Below are positions 10,484 through 19,336 of a DNA stretch of 64,000 bases, one piece after another; the stretch's first letter is position 1, and each line of letters starts with the position of its first letter. Position numbers and translations under genes: made by a program. Where the stretch lies: contig CALSPG010000003.1 of the NCBI GenBank assembly GCA_943788175.1, forward strand, positions 54,799 to 118,798, written 5' to 3'. This stretch comes from an uncultured bacterium (GTDB taxonomy: Bacteria > Fidelibacterota > Marinisomatia > Marinisomatales > UBA1611). A model generated the notes under the pieces. The model did no database searches. It was given only the letters and a program-made list of their open reading frames with translations, and was not told where the DNA came from.

Positions 10484-11561
10484 AAACACAAAAATAATCA
10501 CTGTTGGTCTATTTTTTATAGTTTCTTCTGCATTAACCCAGCAGTCAATAAATGAATCAAGAAAAACAGCAATAACTAAAGCCATTGAAGTAGTGGGGCC
10601 TGCGGTTGCTTGCATAAATGTAGAACAAAATGTTAGCGCTTATTCTTCACCCGATCCCTTCTTTCGTTATTTTTTTCCACCTGAAATTTATCCAATGAAA
10701 AGTTCTGGTAGTGGAGTAGTGATTAGTCCCGATGGTTATGTACTAACTAACACCCATGTTGTGGAAAAAGCATCTAAAATCACGGTCACGTTATCAGGAG
10801 GTGATGAGTATAATGCAGAAGTGGTTGGTATCGATAAAACCTCAGACTTAGCCTTACTGCTTTTAGATGGATCAGATTTCCCATTTGTAGTACTAGGAGA
10901 TTCTGATGACTTGATTGTGGGGGAATGGGTAATTGCTCTTGGTAATCCTTTTGAGTTGTTCAGTATTAGTAATCAACCCACTGCAAGCATAGGTATAATT
11001 AGTGCAAATCATATGGACTTTGGTATTCAAAAAGAATCAGGCCGCGTTTTACAAAACATGATCCAAACTGATGCTGCAATTAACCCTGGAAATTCTGGTG
11101 GGCCATTAGTTAATGCTAATGGCGAAGTAATTGGAATAAATACATTTATTTTTACAGGCTCAAATCAAAATAGGGGCTCGATTGGTATTGGTTTTGCAAT
11201 CCCAATAAATGCTGCAAAGAGAATAGCAAAAGAATTAAAAATATCAGGGAGTATAGATCGTAGCTTTACAACAGGTTTAGTTGTTCAGCCAATTACAAGG
11301 AGTATGATTAGACATTTAAACATTCCTTTTCGTGATGGTGTAATAGTGGTCCATGTAGATAAAAATAGTCCTGCTCAAAAAGCGGGTATCTCAATTGGGG
11401 ATATTATTGTCACGACTGCAAACAAAAAGGTAAATTCACCTTCGGATATTAGAGATATTATTACCGAAAAAGATTTAAGGTCTGGTGATAGAATTGCATT
11501 TAAAATATATCGTGATGGTGTATATTTAAATATTAAACTTAGGTTAGGAACATATAAATGA
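10476..11561 (+). CDS. HtrA/DegP-family serine protease with one PDZ domain
   Basis: Catalytic triad context TNTHVV / DLALL / GNSGGPLVN, N-terminal signal anchor, and a C-terminal PDZ (PAQKAGISIGDII). Confidence 0.9.
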   Translation: MYKNTKIITVGLFFIVSSALTQQSINESRKTAITKAIEVVGPAVACINVEQNVSAYSSPDPFFRYFFPPEIYPMKSSGSGVVISPDGYVLTNTHVVEKASKITVTLSGGDEYNAEVVGIDKTSDLALLLLDGSDFPFVVLGDSDDLIVGEWVIALGNPFELFSISNQPTASIGIISANHMDFGIQKESGRVLQNMIQTDAAINPGNSGGPLVNANGEVIGINTFIFTGSNQNRGSIGIGFAIPINAAKRIAKELKISGSIDRSFTTGLVVQPITRSMIRHLNIPFRDGVIVVHVDKNSPAQKAGISIGDIIVTTANKKVNSPSDIRDIITEKDLRSGDRIAFKIYRDGVYLNIKLRLGTYK

Positions 11562-12202
11562 GATTAGCTTCTGAAGGCAATATAATAGTTTATCCTTTAA
11601 TTGTTATTTTTGGAATCACTTCTGCTTTTAATTATTTAACTGAATTTGACATCCTTTTTGTTCAAATAACAATTTTTGTAGTATTACTTTTTTGTCTAAA
11701 TTTTTTTAGAGATCCATCAAGAGTTATACCAAAAAATAAAAATAAAATAATATCGCCTGCAGATGGCAAAATAATCAAAATTAAAGAATTTGAAGATCCT
11801 AAAAGTGGAAAGAAATTAAAACTTATTTCTATCTTTCTAAGCGTTTTTAATGTTCATGCCAATAGAATGCCTGTTGATGGTAAATTTATTAATGTTAAAT
11901 ACGTTAAGGGAGATTTTTTAGCTGCTTTTGATCATAGAGCCTCCGATAAAAATGAAAGAATGGAAATTTCGATAGATACTGAATTTGGGATTATTGTAGT
12001 TAAGCAAATTGCAGGCTTAGTTGCTAGAAGAATATTGTGTTATGCAAAAGAAGGTAAAAAAATGTTAGCAGGTGATAGACTGGGGTTTATTAGATTTGGC
12101 TCAAGAACCGATATCATTCTTCCTCATAACATTAATTTAAATATTGAGCTAAATCAGAAAGTATATGGAGGAGAGACAATTTTAGGCACCTATGAAAGTT
12201 AA
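11558..12202 (+). CDS. psd: phosphatidylserine decarboxylase (short, membrane-anchored type)
   Basis: Self-cleavage region GFIRFGSRTDIILP; paired with and overlapping pssA. Confidence 0.85.
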   Translation: MRLASEGNIIVYPLIVIFGITSAFNYLTEFDILFVQITIFVVLLFCLNFFRDPSRVIPKNKNKIISPADGKIIKIKEFEDPKSGKKLKLISIFLSVFNVHANRMPVDGKFINVKYVKGDFLAAFDHRASDKNERMEISIDTEFGIIVVKQIAGLVARRILCYAKEGKKMLAGDRLGFIRFGSRTDIILPHNINLNIELNQKVYGGETILGTYES

Positions 12203-12917
12203 AATTTCGAAAAAAAGATTTTTCCCTAACACCCTTACTATATTAAATATGTTTTTGGGTTTTTCATCTATATTACTTATAATGAACGGGAAATACATAG
12301 AGGCAGGTTTTTTAATATTGCTTGCTGGGCTAATGGATATTTTTGATGGAAAAATTGCAAGGTTATTAGGAATTTCTTCAAAGTTTGGTGTTGAGTTTGA
12401 TTCGTTAGCTGATGTCGTATCATTCTGTGTCGCACCTTCAGTTTTAGTATATAATATTTACTGTAGTGAATTAAATACAATAGTTGGTTCTATTTTTAGC
12501 TTCATTCCTCTAGTCGCAGGCACTGTTAGATTAGCAAAGTATAATTTAGTAAGTGATGAAGATAACCCTAAAAGTTATTTTATTGGATTATCTACACCAA
12601 TATCCACCGTAACTATTCTAGCGTTTATGTATTTTAATAACAAAATTGTTGGAGGTGGCTTTTATGGCGATCCAAGACTAGGCCTGTCGCTAGTTGGCGT
12701 TTTGGGATTATTAATGCTTAGTCCAATTCATTTTCCAAAAGCACCATTAATTACTTTTAAATCTAGTCATTCTAATTCATTATTATTAATAATTTTGATA
12801 GTCTCATCATTTTCTTTAATTATTTGGAAGGGTTTTGCGCTCTTACCTATATGCATGGGTTACATCATAACTAATACCGTTTTATGGGCATATAGACTTA
12901 GAACAACCAATCTTTAA
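12192..12917 (+). CDS. pssA: CDP-diacylglycerol--serine O-phosphatidyltransferase
   Basis: CDP-alcohol phosphatidyltransferase motif DGKIARLLGISSKFGVEFDSLADVVSF; polytopic membrane protein. Confidence 0.85.
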   Translation: MKVKISKKRFFPNTLTILNMFLGFSSILLIMNGKYIEAGFLILLAGLMDIFDGKIARLLGISSKFGVEFDSLADVVSFCVAPSVLVYNIYCSELNTIVGSIFSFIPLVAGTVRLAKYNLVSDEDNPKSYFIGLSTPISTVTILAFMYFNNKIVGGGFYGDPRLGLSLVGVLGLLMLSPIHFPKAPLITFKSSHSNSLLLIILIVSSFSLIIWKGFALLPICMGYIITNTVLWAYRLRTTNL

Positions 12918-12960
12918 GTATTCTTAATATGATACGATATTAAAATGAAAAAAGTAGATA

Positions 12961-13248
12961 GTGCAAAAACGTAAAGTTAACATAATAGTCATTTCACTTT
13001 TTATAGGTGCGATTTTTGGAAGCGTTTTTGGCAACGTATTTTCTCTCATGCTTCCTGAAAGTGTGGTGAAAGATTTTTTTCTTACTTCAATAAATTTTGA
13101 TTTGGGTGGATTAGTTGGTAATGATTTAGGAGTGATTGTTATAGATTTAAATGTTATTGTTCTGAAATTTGGGTTATCTATGAGTTTTAATTTTACTAGT
13201 GTAATTGGTATAACAATTGCTTACTATATATTGAGATACCTTCGATAA
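12961..13248 (+). CDS. small membrane protein, DUF4321-like
   Basis: 95 aa, GTG start, two hydrophobic segments. LPESVVKDFF resembles the remembered DUF4321 pattern. Confidence 0.5.
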   Translation: MQKRKVNIIVISLFIGAIFGSVFGNVFSLMLPESVVKDFFLTSINFDLGGLVGNDLGVIVIDLNVIVLKFGLSMSFNFTSVIGITIAYYILRYLR

Positions 13249-13265
13249 ATTAATATGGGGATTCT

Positions 13266-13496
13266 ATGATGTCATCACAATTTCAATTAGCATTTTTTAA
13301 TTTAGGGCCATGGGAAATTTTATTGGTTCTTGTTGTCGTGCTCGTTTTATTTGGAGCAAAAAGGTTGCCTGAGCTTGCTAGAGGGTTAGGACTAGGAATT
13401 AATGAGTTCAGAGAGGCTGTAGACTCTAGTAAAAAAGAAATAATGGATGTTATTGAATCTGAAGATAAAAATAAGAGCAGCGACTCGGAAGAGTAG
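13266..13496 (+). CDS. tatA: twin-arginine translocase subunit TatA/E
   Basis: GPWEILLVLVVVLVLFGAKRLPELARGLG followed by an amphipathic helix and an acidic tail. Confidence 0.9.
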   Translation: MMSSQFQLAFFNLGPWEILLVLVVVLVLFGAKRLPELARGLGLGINEFREAVDSSKKEIMDVIESEDKNKSSDSEE

Positions 13497-13604
13497 CCTC
13501 TATTATAATTATTTAATTTTTTTAAATATTATCTTTTAAACATTATTTTTGAACAATACCTACGTTGGTACGTTTATTTTTTAGATAATTAAATAAAAAT
13601 AATC

Positions 13605-14573
13605 TTGAATTTTCAAAACCCTTTATTTCTACTTTTTTTATTATTAGTTCCCCTTATAGTGTATTATTACAAGTACTATAGTAATAAATTTGAGGGAACA
13701 GTTTTATTCTCTTCTGAGCATTTTTTTACGAGCAATGTTAAAACTAATGGAGAGTATAAGAATAAAATTCTAAAAATAATTGAAGTTACGATTTTAGCAC
13801 TGATTATAGTAGCCATTGCAAGACCTCAAAAAATTGATGAATTAGTTAAGTCTAAGGTTGAAATCATTGACATCTTACTTGTTCTAGATATCTCAAGTAG
13901 TATGTTAGCAGATGACTTCTCTCCAAATCGCTTAGAGGTAGTTAAAAAAACAGCTAAAGAATTCATCGAATCAAGAGAAGGTGATAGGTTGGGTATATTG
14001 GTTTTCGCTGGTCAATCATTCATTCAATGTCCACTTACAACTGATATAAATGTTCTATCCAAGCTAGTTGATGAAATTAGTGTTGCTAGTAAAGATTATG
14101 ACGGCACAGCCATAGGAATGGCAATTGCTAATGCTACAAATAGGCTAAGAGATAGTCAATCTAAAAGTAAACTAATGATTCTGTTATCAGATGGAAGTAA
14201 TAATAGTGGTGAAATAGACCCCACTACAGCATCAAATTTAGCAAGTGAGTTCGGGATAAAAATTTATACGATTGCCGCAGGGACCGATAACTCTGTTTCT
14301 CGCATACCGGGTAGAGGATTAATTCGAAATGAAATAGATATAGAAACATTAAAAATGATTTCAAAAGAAACAGGTGGTAAGTTTTTTAGAGCCACTGATA
14401 AAGAAGCCTTATCAGCAATATATGATGAAATAAGTATTTTAGAGAGATCTGAGATCGAAATAAAAAGTTTTACAACATATTATGAGCTATTCAGATGGTT
14501 CTTAGTACCTGCATTAATATTGTCTTTTTTCTATTTATTTTTAAAAAGATATTTTTTCAAGGTTGCGACTTAA
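13605..14573 (+). CDS. batA: vWA-domain aerotolerance protein BatA
   Basis: N-terminal TM (F.NP..LLLLL.VP), vWA MIDAS DILLVLDISSSM, C-terminal TM. TTG start; gene order batA-E. Confidence 0.85.
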   Translation: MNFQNPLFLLFLLLVPLIVYYYKYYSNKFEGTVLFSSEHFFTSNVKTNGEYKNKILKIIEVTILALIIVAIARPQKIDELVKSKVEIIDILLVLDISSSMLADDFSPNRLEVVKKTAKEFIESREGDRLGILVFAGQSFIQCPLTTDINVLSKLVDEISVASKDYDGTAIGMAIANATNRLRDSQSKSKLMILLSDGSNNSGEIDPTTASNLASEFGIKIYTIAAGTDNSVSRIPGRGLIRNEIDIETLKMISKETGGKFFRATDKEALSAIYDEISILERSEIEIKSFTTYYELFRWFLVPALILSFFYLFLKRYFFKVAT

Positions 14574-15565
14574 TGAATTTTAGTAATCCTTGGCTTTTTT
14601 TACTTCTGATTCCGTTACTTGTTCAATTTATTTTAGAATTATACCCGAATTTTAAAAAAGATATTTTCCCTTACGCTAAGCAAAACATAAAAGACATTAA
14701 TTACAAAAATATTAACTTTAGAAACCAAAAAACAGTTAGGTATTTAATTTTATTTGGAATTTTTTGTCTAATATTATCTACAGCAGGTCCTCAATTTGGA
14801 GCTAAAGTGAAAAAAGTTGAAAGGCAAGGTGTTGATTTAGTTATCGCATTTGATACATCCATAAGTATGAATGCATCAGACGTTAAGCCGTCGAGGATAG
14901 AAAAAGCGAAATATGAAATTGGTAAACTAATTCAAAAATTAAAAGGAGATAGAGTTTCGATAATAGTTTTTGCAGGAACTAGTCATTTATATCTTCCTCT
15001 TACAACAGATTATGAGGCTGCATTATTGTTTTTATCTGCAATTGATACGGAAATGATTCCAAATCAGGGTACCTCTATTAGCTCTGCTATGGAATTATCC
15101 ATTACTACAGTTAAAAAAGATCAAAATAATTATAAAGTTATGCTTCTAGTAACTGATGGTGAAGACCATGAAGGTAACGCAATAAATTTGGCAAAAAAAG
15201 CTTATGAAGCAGGGGTTGAAATTCATACAATAGGGGTTGGCTCTAAAATTGGTAGTTTGATACCAATAAAACAAAAACAGAGCGATGACATTGAATACAA
15301 AAGGGATAAAAATGGTAAGCTTATAAATTCAATTCTTAATATAAAAATGCTTGAAGATATCGCACTAGCTGGAGGTGGTCGTTTTTTTCACTTTTCAAAC
15401 GAAGGGGATAATTATTCGGATTTAAATAATGTTATCGATGCAATGGAGAAGAGGCAAATTAATTCGCATGAATATTCTCAATTTGAAGAGCGTTTTCAAC
15501 CTTTGGCATTTATTTCGTTTTTGTTCTTTTTTATGGCATTCTTATTACCAACAAGGAAACTGTAA
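14573..15565 (+). CDS. batB: vWA-domain aerotolerance protein BatB
   Basis: The start ATG at 14573 overlaps the batA stop (TAATG). N-terminus MNFSNPWLFLLLIPLL, MIDAS DLVIAFDTSISM, C-terminal TM. Confidence 0.85.
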   Translation: MNFSNPWLFLLLIPLLVQFILELYPNFKKDIFPYAKQNIKDINYKNINFRNQKTVRYLILFGIFCLILSTAGPQFGAKVKKVERQGVDLVIAFDTSISMNASDVKPSRIEKAKYEIGKLIQKLKGDRVSIIVFAGTSHLYLPLTTDYEAALLFLSAIDTEMIPNQGTSISSAMELSITTVKKDQNNYKVMLLVTDGEDHEGNAINLAKKAYEAGVEIHTIGVGSKIGSLIPIKQKQSDDIEYKRDKNGKLINSILNIKMLEDIALAGGGRFFHFSNEGDNYSDLNNVIDAMEKRQINSHEYSQFEERFQPLAFISFLFFFMAFLLPTRKL

Positions 15566-15575
15566 GTTTATCAAA

Positions 15576-16445
15576 ATGTCTAGATTAACTATTTATGTTT
15601 TATCCTTTCTTTTTTCTTTTTCTTTTGCACAAGATAAAGGAATAGAGCTTTTTAATGATAAAAAATACAGTGAAGCAATTGAATATTATAAAAAAGTACT
15701 CAAAAAGAGAAAAGGTGATGCCGCTGCTGAATTGGGATTGGGTTCAAGCGCTTATTACAATGATAACATCGACCTTGCCTTGAAAAGCTTTGAAGACGCT
15801 TCTAAATCAGATAACGATATCATTCAATCCAAAGCTTTATATAATATTGCTCGAATTTTGCAGGATAAAGATGAAATAAGTAAGAGTTTGAAATTATATA
15901 AAAAAGCTTTAGAGTTAAATCCAAGTGATGTTGATACAAAAATCAATTATGAAATATTAAAAAAAATGAAAAACGAAGAACAGCAAGAGAATCAAGACCA
16001 AGAGGGTAGCCAAGAACAGCAAGAGAATCAAGACCAAGAGGGTAGCCAAGAACAGCAAGAGAATCAAGACCAAGAGGGTAGCCAAGAACAGCAAGAGAAT
16101 CAAGACCAAGAGGGTAGCCAAGAACAGCAAGAGAATCAAGACCAAGAGGGTAGCCAAGAACAGCAAGAGAATCAAGACCAAGAGGGTAGCCAAGAACAGC
16201 AAGAGAATCAAGACCAAGAGGGTAGCCAAGAACAGCAAGAGAATCAAGACCAAGAGGGTAGCCAAGAGCAGCAAGAGAATCAAGACCAAGAGGGTAGCAG
16301 TAGTGCTGATAATATTGAAAAAGAAAAATCTGACCAGATGATTCAAGCAGAGGCGATTTTAAATGCTCTTAAAGGTCAAGAAGAGATTAATCAAAAACAA
16401 AAAATTTTAAAATCAAAGATATTAAGATATGAAAAAGATTGGTAA
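15576..16445 (+). CDS. batC: TPR-repeat protein BatC with Gln/Glu-rich repeat tail
   Basis: ATG at 15576 gives the signal peptide MSRLTIYVLSFLFSFSFAQ. TPR motifs (YYKKVL, ALYNIARIL, KKALELNP); position between batB and batD. Confidence 0.7.
   Translation: MSRLTIYVLSFLFSFSFAQDKGIELFNDKKYSEAIEYYKKVLKKRKGDAAAELGLGSSAYYNDNIDLALKSFEDASKSDNDIIQSKALYNIARILQDKDEISKSLKLYKKALELNPSDVDTKINYEILKKMKNEEQQENQDQEGSQEQQENQDQEGSQEQQENQDQEGSQEQQENQDQEGSQEQQENQDQEGSQEQQENQDQEGSQEQQENQDQEGSQEQQENQDQEGSQEQQENQDQEGSSSADNIEKEKSDQMIQAEAILNALKGQEEINQKQKILKSKILRYEKDW
15981..16298. repeat. 36-bp tandem repeat, about 8.8 copies, in frame within batC
   Basis: The unit CAGCAAGAGAATCAAGACCAAGAGGGTAGCCAAGAA starts every 36 nt from 15981 to 16269. 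I saw only one substitution (GAA to GAG near 16266). It encodes (QQENQDQEGSQE)n. Confidence 0.97.
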
Positions 16446-18157
16446 TAAGATGATAAAAATTTGTTTTATATTAATTTTTAAATCGTCTTTTATATTTGGT
16501 TTTCAGGCTAAAGCAATTGTTGATAAGAATAATGTTACTCTTGACGATGTTATAAATTTTAAAATTGAATTAGAAAGTACAATTTCGTTTGGAGATCTCA
16601 ATGCCAGTAGTATCTTTAAAGATTTTGATATAATTAGTGGCCCGAGTCAGCAAACCACTATGCAGTGGATTAATGGTCGAATGACCAATTCAAAAATCAT
16701 GTCTTGGATGATTTCTCCAAAAAAAGTAGGCAGGTTAATAATACCTTCTTTAAATATATCGATTGGAGGTGACAAAAATATCCACAAATAAAATTATAAT
16801 CCTGGTGGAAAAATCTAAATTAAGTAAGAAAGACTTAGACGTTTTTATTTCAGCAGAATTAAATAAAGATAAAGTGTATCTGGGAGAGCAAATTATACTG
16901 ACTTATAAAATATACAGGAAAGTGGAGTGTTCAATTGAGCCATTTGAAATTCCGAAATTTGCAGGGTTTTGGGCTGAAGAAATTTTTAGGCCAAATCAGA
17001 TCAAGTTTAAAAATATTTCTCTTAACGGAGTTAACTATCAGGAGGGTACTTTATATAAGGTAGCATTATTTCCTATTTCAGGTAAAGAGCATGTTTTACA
17101 ACCTTTATCTGTAAAAGTGAAAAAACAAAAAAATAAAAAAAGAAACAATAGAGACCCATTTTTCAATCCTTTTTTTGACTCTTTTTTTACAGAAACCGAA
17201 ACGAAAATATTAAAGACCCAGGAGAATAAAGTGGCTATTAAAAAATATCCGGGTCTAAGGCCTAGTGGGTTTACTGGTGGAGTTGGGAGTTTTAAAATTT
17301 TCACTGAAACTGACGTTGATTCGACTATCGTAAATGAAGCCATAACATTTAAAATATCAATTAATGGAACTGGTAATATGGGTTTGTTTACTCTACCTGA
17401 AATTAAATTTTCTGACGAAATCGATCAATTTTCACCCAAGGAGCGATTTGAGAAAAATGTATTTAGAGATGAATTTTCTGGTAAAATGACATGGGAATAC
17501 ATCTTGGTTCCTAGGCTACCAGGGAAATTAACTATCCCTCCAATAGCACTTACTTATTTTAATCCTAAACTTGAAAAATGGCAAAGGTTGACATCAAAAC
17601 CACAGTCTGTTTTTGTTAAAAAACTAAGTAAGAACTATTTAGTAAATAATGGACTTACCAAGAGAGATATTGAAGTGATTGGCAAAGATATTAAATACAT
17701 CCACATGGGTAACGTTCAGTTCTCTCCAATAATTCCGCATTCCTTTTCTTATGCCTTTTATATCTACATATTAAGTGTCTTGATTTTAATTTCACCTTTA
17801 TTAGCTAAATATGTAATTGGTTATAATCTAGATAGATTGCCTGGAAAAATAAAAAATAGTGCATTGAAAAAAGCTATTAGATCTATTGAAAATTATTCTT
17901 ATGATGATTCTTTTGATAATTCAAAAATTATTTATGTTTTTTTAAAAGATAGATTTCAACTTTCCAATGCTAACCTTGATACTATGTCTATCAGCGACCT
18001 CCTTAAAGATTTTATACCTAAAGAACTATTAAACGAGCTTATTGAAGTAGTAAAAATTTGCGATAGAATGTCTTATGGGTTTGCATCGATTGACGATAAG
18101 AAAATAGTAAGCCAAAATATTTCTAAAATACTTAAAAAAATTGATGAAACATGTTAA
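16429..18157 (+). pseudogene. batD: BatD (oxygen-tolerance protein), interrupted as sequenced by an apparent +1 frameshift in an A5 run
   Basis: ORFs 16429..16791 (signal peptide plus N-terminal domain) and 16763..18157 together make about 584 aa, a BatD-like size. Removing one A from 16774-16778 reads ...SIGGDKISTNKIIILVEKS... continuously. There is a C-terminal TM segment. Alternative start ATG at 16450. Confidence 0.75.
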
Positions 18158-18900
18158 TAATTAAAACTTTTATATACATCACAATTATCTCAATCGTTAC
18201 AGCAAATAACGAATTTGGAATATTTGAAGCTGCAAATTCACATTATAATGAAGGTAATTATGGTGATTCAATTGAGCTTTATGAAAAGATTATTTTGGAT
18301 GGTCTTCATAGTAGTGATCTATATTATAATCTCGGAAATGCCTATTATAGACAAGGGTTTGTTGGGCAATCTATTTGGGCATATAACAAAGCAATCTTGC
18401 TTAATCCAAGATTGGGTGATGCAAAGTATAATTTAGAAATAGCAATGGCATCTATGAAAGACCGAATAGTATTACCATCGGAGTTTTTACCTGTTCAAAC
18501 ATATATAAGCATTAAATCAAATTATACTTTTAATGAATGGCTTCTTATTGGAAGTTTAGTTGTTCTATTCACAGTTTGTTTTTTTGTGGCATCAAAATTT
18601 TTTATATTAAGTAATGGAATTGTGCAAAAATCTCTTTTCATGCTTGTTATTTTAATCACCGTATTACATTTGATTTTAATTGACTTATTTTTTGAACAAA
18701 ATACACAGCAACCTGGAATTATTATTTCAAATGAGGTTAATGCATATTCCGGTCCTTTTGTTGGGGAAAACACAATGCTTTTTACTATTAATGAAGGTAC
18801 CAGAGCAAAAATTTATCAAAGGCAAGGAGATTGGATTGAAATAGCTATTATTAATGGCGATAAAGCTTGGGTTCCTTCAAATACTCTTCGAAAACTATGA
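18151..18900 (+). CDS. batE: TPR plus SH3b-domain protein BatE
   Basis: TPR motifs (YYNLGNAYYRQG, AYNKAILLNP), two TM segments, and a C-terminal SH3b-like GTRAKIYQRQGDWIEIAIINGDKAWVPSNTL; last gene of the bat order. Confidence 0.65.
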   Translation: MLIIKTFIYITIISIVTANNEFGIFEAANSHYNEGNYGDSIELYEKIILDGLHSSDLYYNLGNAYYRQGFVGQSIWAYNKAILLNPRLGDAKYNLEIAMASMKDRIVLPSEFLPVQTYISIKSNYTFNEWLLIGSLVVLFTVCFFVASKFFILSNGIVQKSLFMLVILITVLHLILIDLFFEQNTQQPGIIISNEVNAYSGPFVGENTMLFTINEGTRAKIYQRQGDWIEIAIINGDKAWVPSNTLRKL

Positions 18901-19331
18901 TAAAAAAAAATATACTAATTATTTTTCTTCATATTTATGCTTTTCCTCAATCAGGTGACTCTTTATTTTGGTTTAATCAAAATGATTTACATGAAAAATT
19001 ACCCGAGTTTCCATTAATTATTAATAGAGTGTTAACTGGGTATCATATCCCCTTAATTGACTCTATGAATAACATAAAAATTGGAACATTCGAAGTTTAT
19101 CGAATTCAAATTTTTGAGTCCTCAATTGCTTCAATTGCTAGAGCAGAAGCAAAAAGGTTTCAAAATATTTTGGGCGATACAGTTTATATAGATTTTGAAA
19201 CCCCTCTTTATAAACTTCGAATTGGAAACTATACGGTTAGAAAAAATGCTGAAAAAGCAATTAAATCTATGTCTAGATTGGGTGTAAAAGATTCATGGAT
19301 TATAAGAACAAAAACAACCATTGAGGACTGA
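18897..19331 (+). CDS. SPOR-domain (peptidoglycan-binding) protein
   Basis: The ATG at 18897 overlaps the batE stop (ATGA). Signal peptide MIKKNILIIFLHIYAF; SPOR-like YRIQIFESS...YKLRIGNYTVRKNAEKAIKSMSRLGVKDSWII. Confidence 0.7.
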   Translation: MIKKNILIIFLHIYAFPQSGDSLFWFNQNDLHEKLPEFPLIINRVLTGYHIPLIDSMNNIKIGTFEVYRIQIFESSIASIARAEAKRFQNILGDTVYIDFETPLYKLRIGNYTVRKNAEKAIKSMSRLGVKDSWIIRTKTTIED

Positions 19332-19336
19332 AAATA

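Noticed and set aside
13555-13590. A possible terminator hairpin after tatA (ACGT-TGGT-ACGT followed by TTTATTTTTT)
   Set aside because: The stem is only 4 bp, too weak to call an intrinsic terminator.
15981-16298. Whether the 36-bp array, or the 15-bp array at 23026..23229, could be a CRISPR array
   Set aside because: The units are contiguous with no spacers, are in frame inside coding genes, and no cas genes or leader are present. They are coding tandem repeats, not CRISPR.
15957-16346. Antisense ORFs encoding Leu-rich periodic peptides over the batC repeat, and likewise 23021..23425 over the ftsK repeat
   Set aside because: These are a direct consequence of stop-free tandem repeats read on the opposite strand. 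The sense frames are embedded in well-supported BatC and FtsK proteins.
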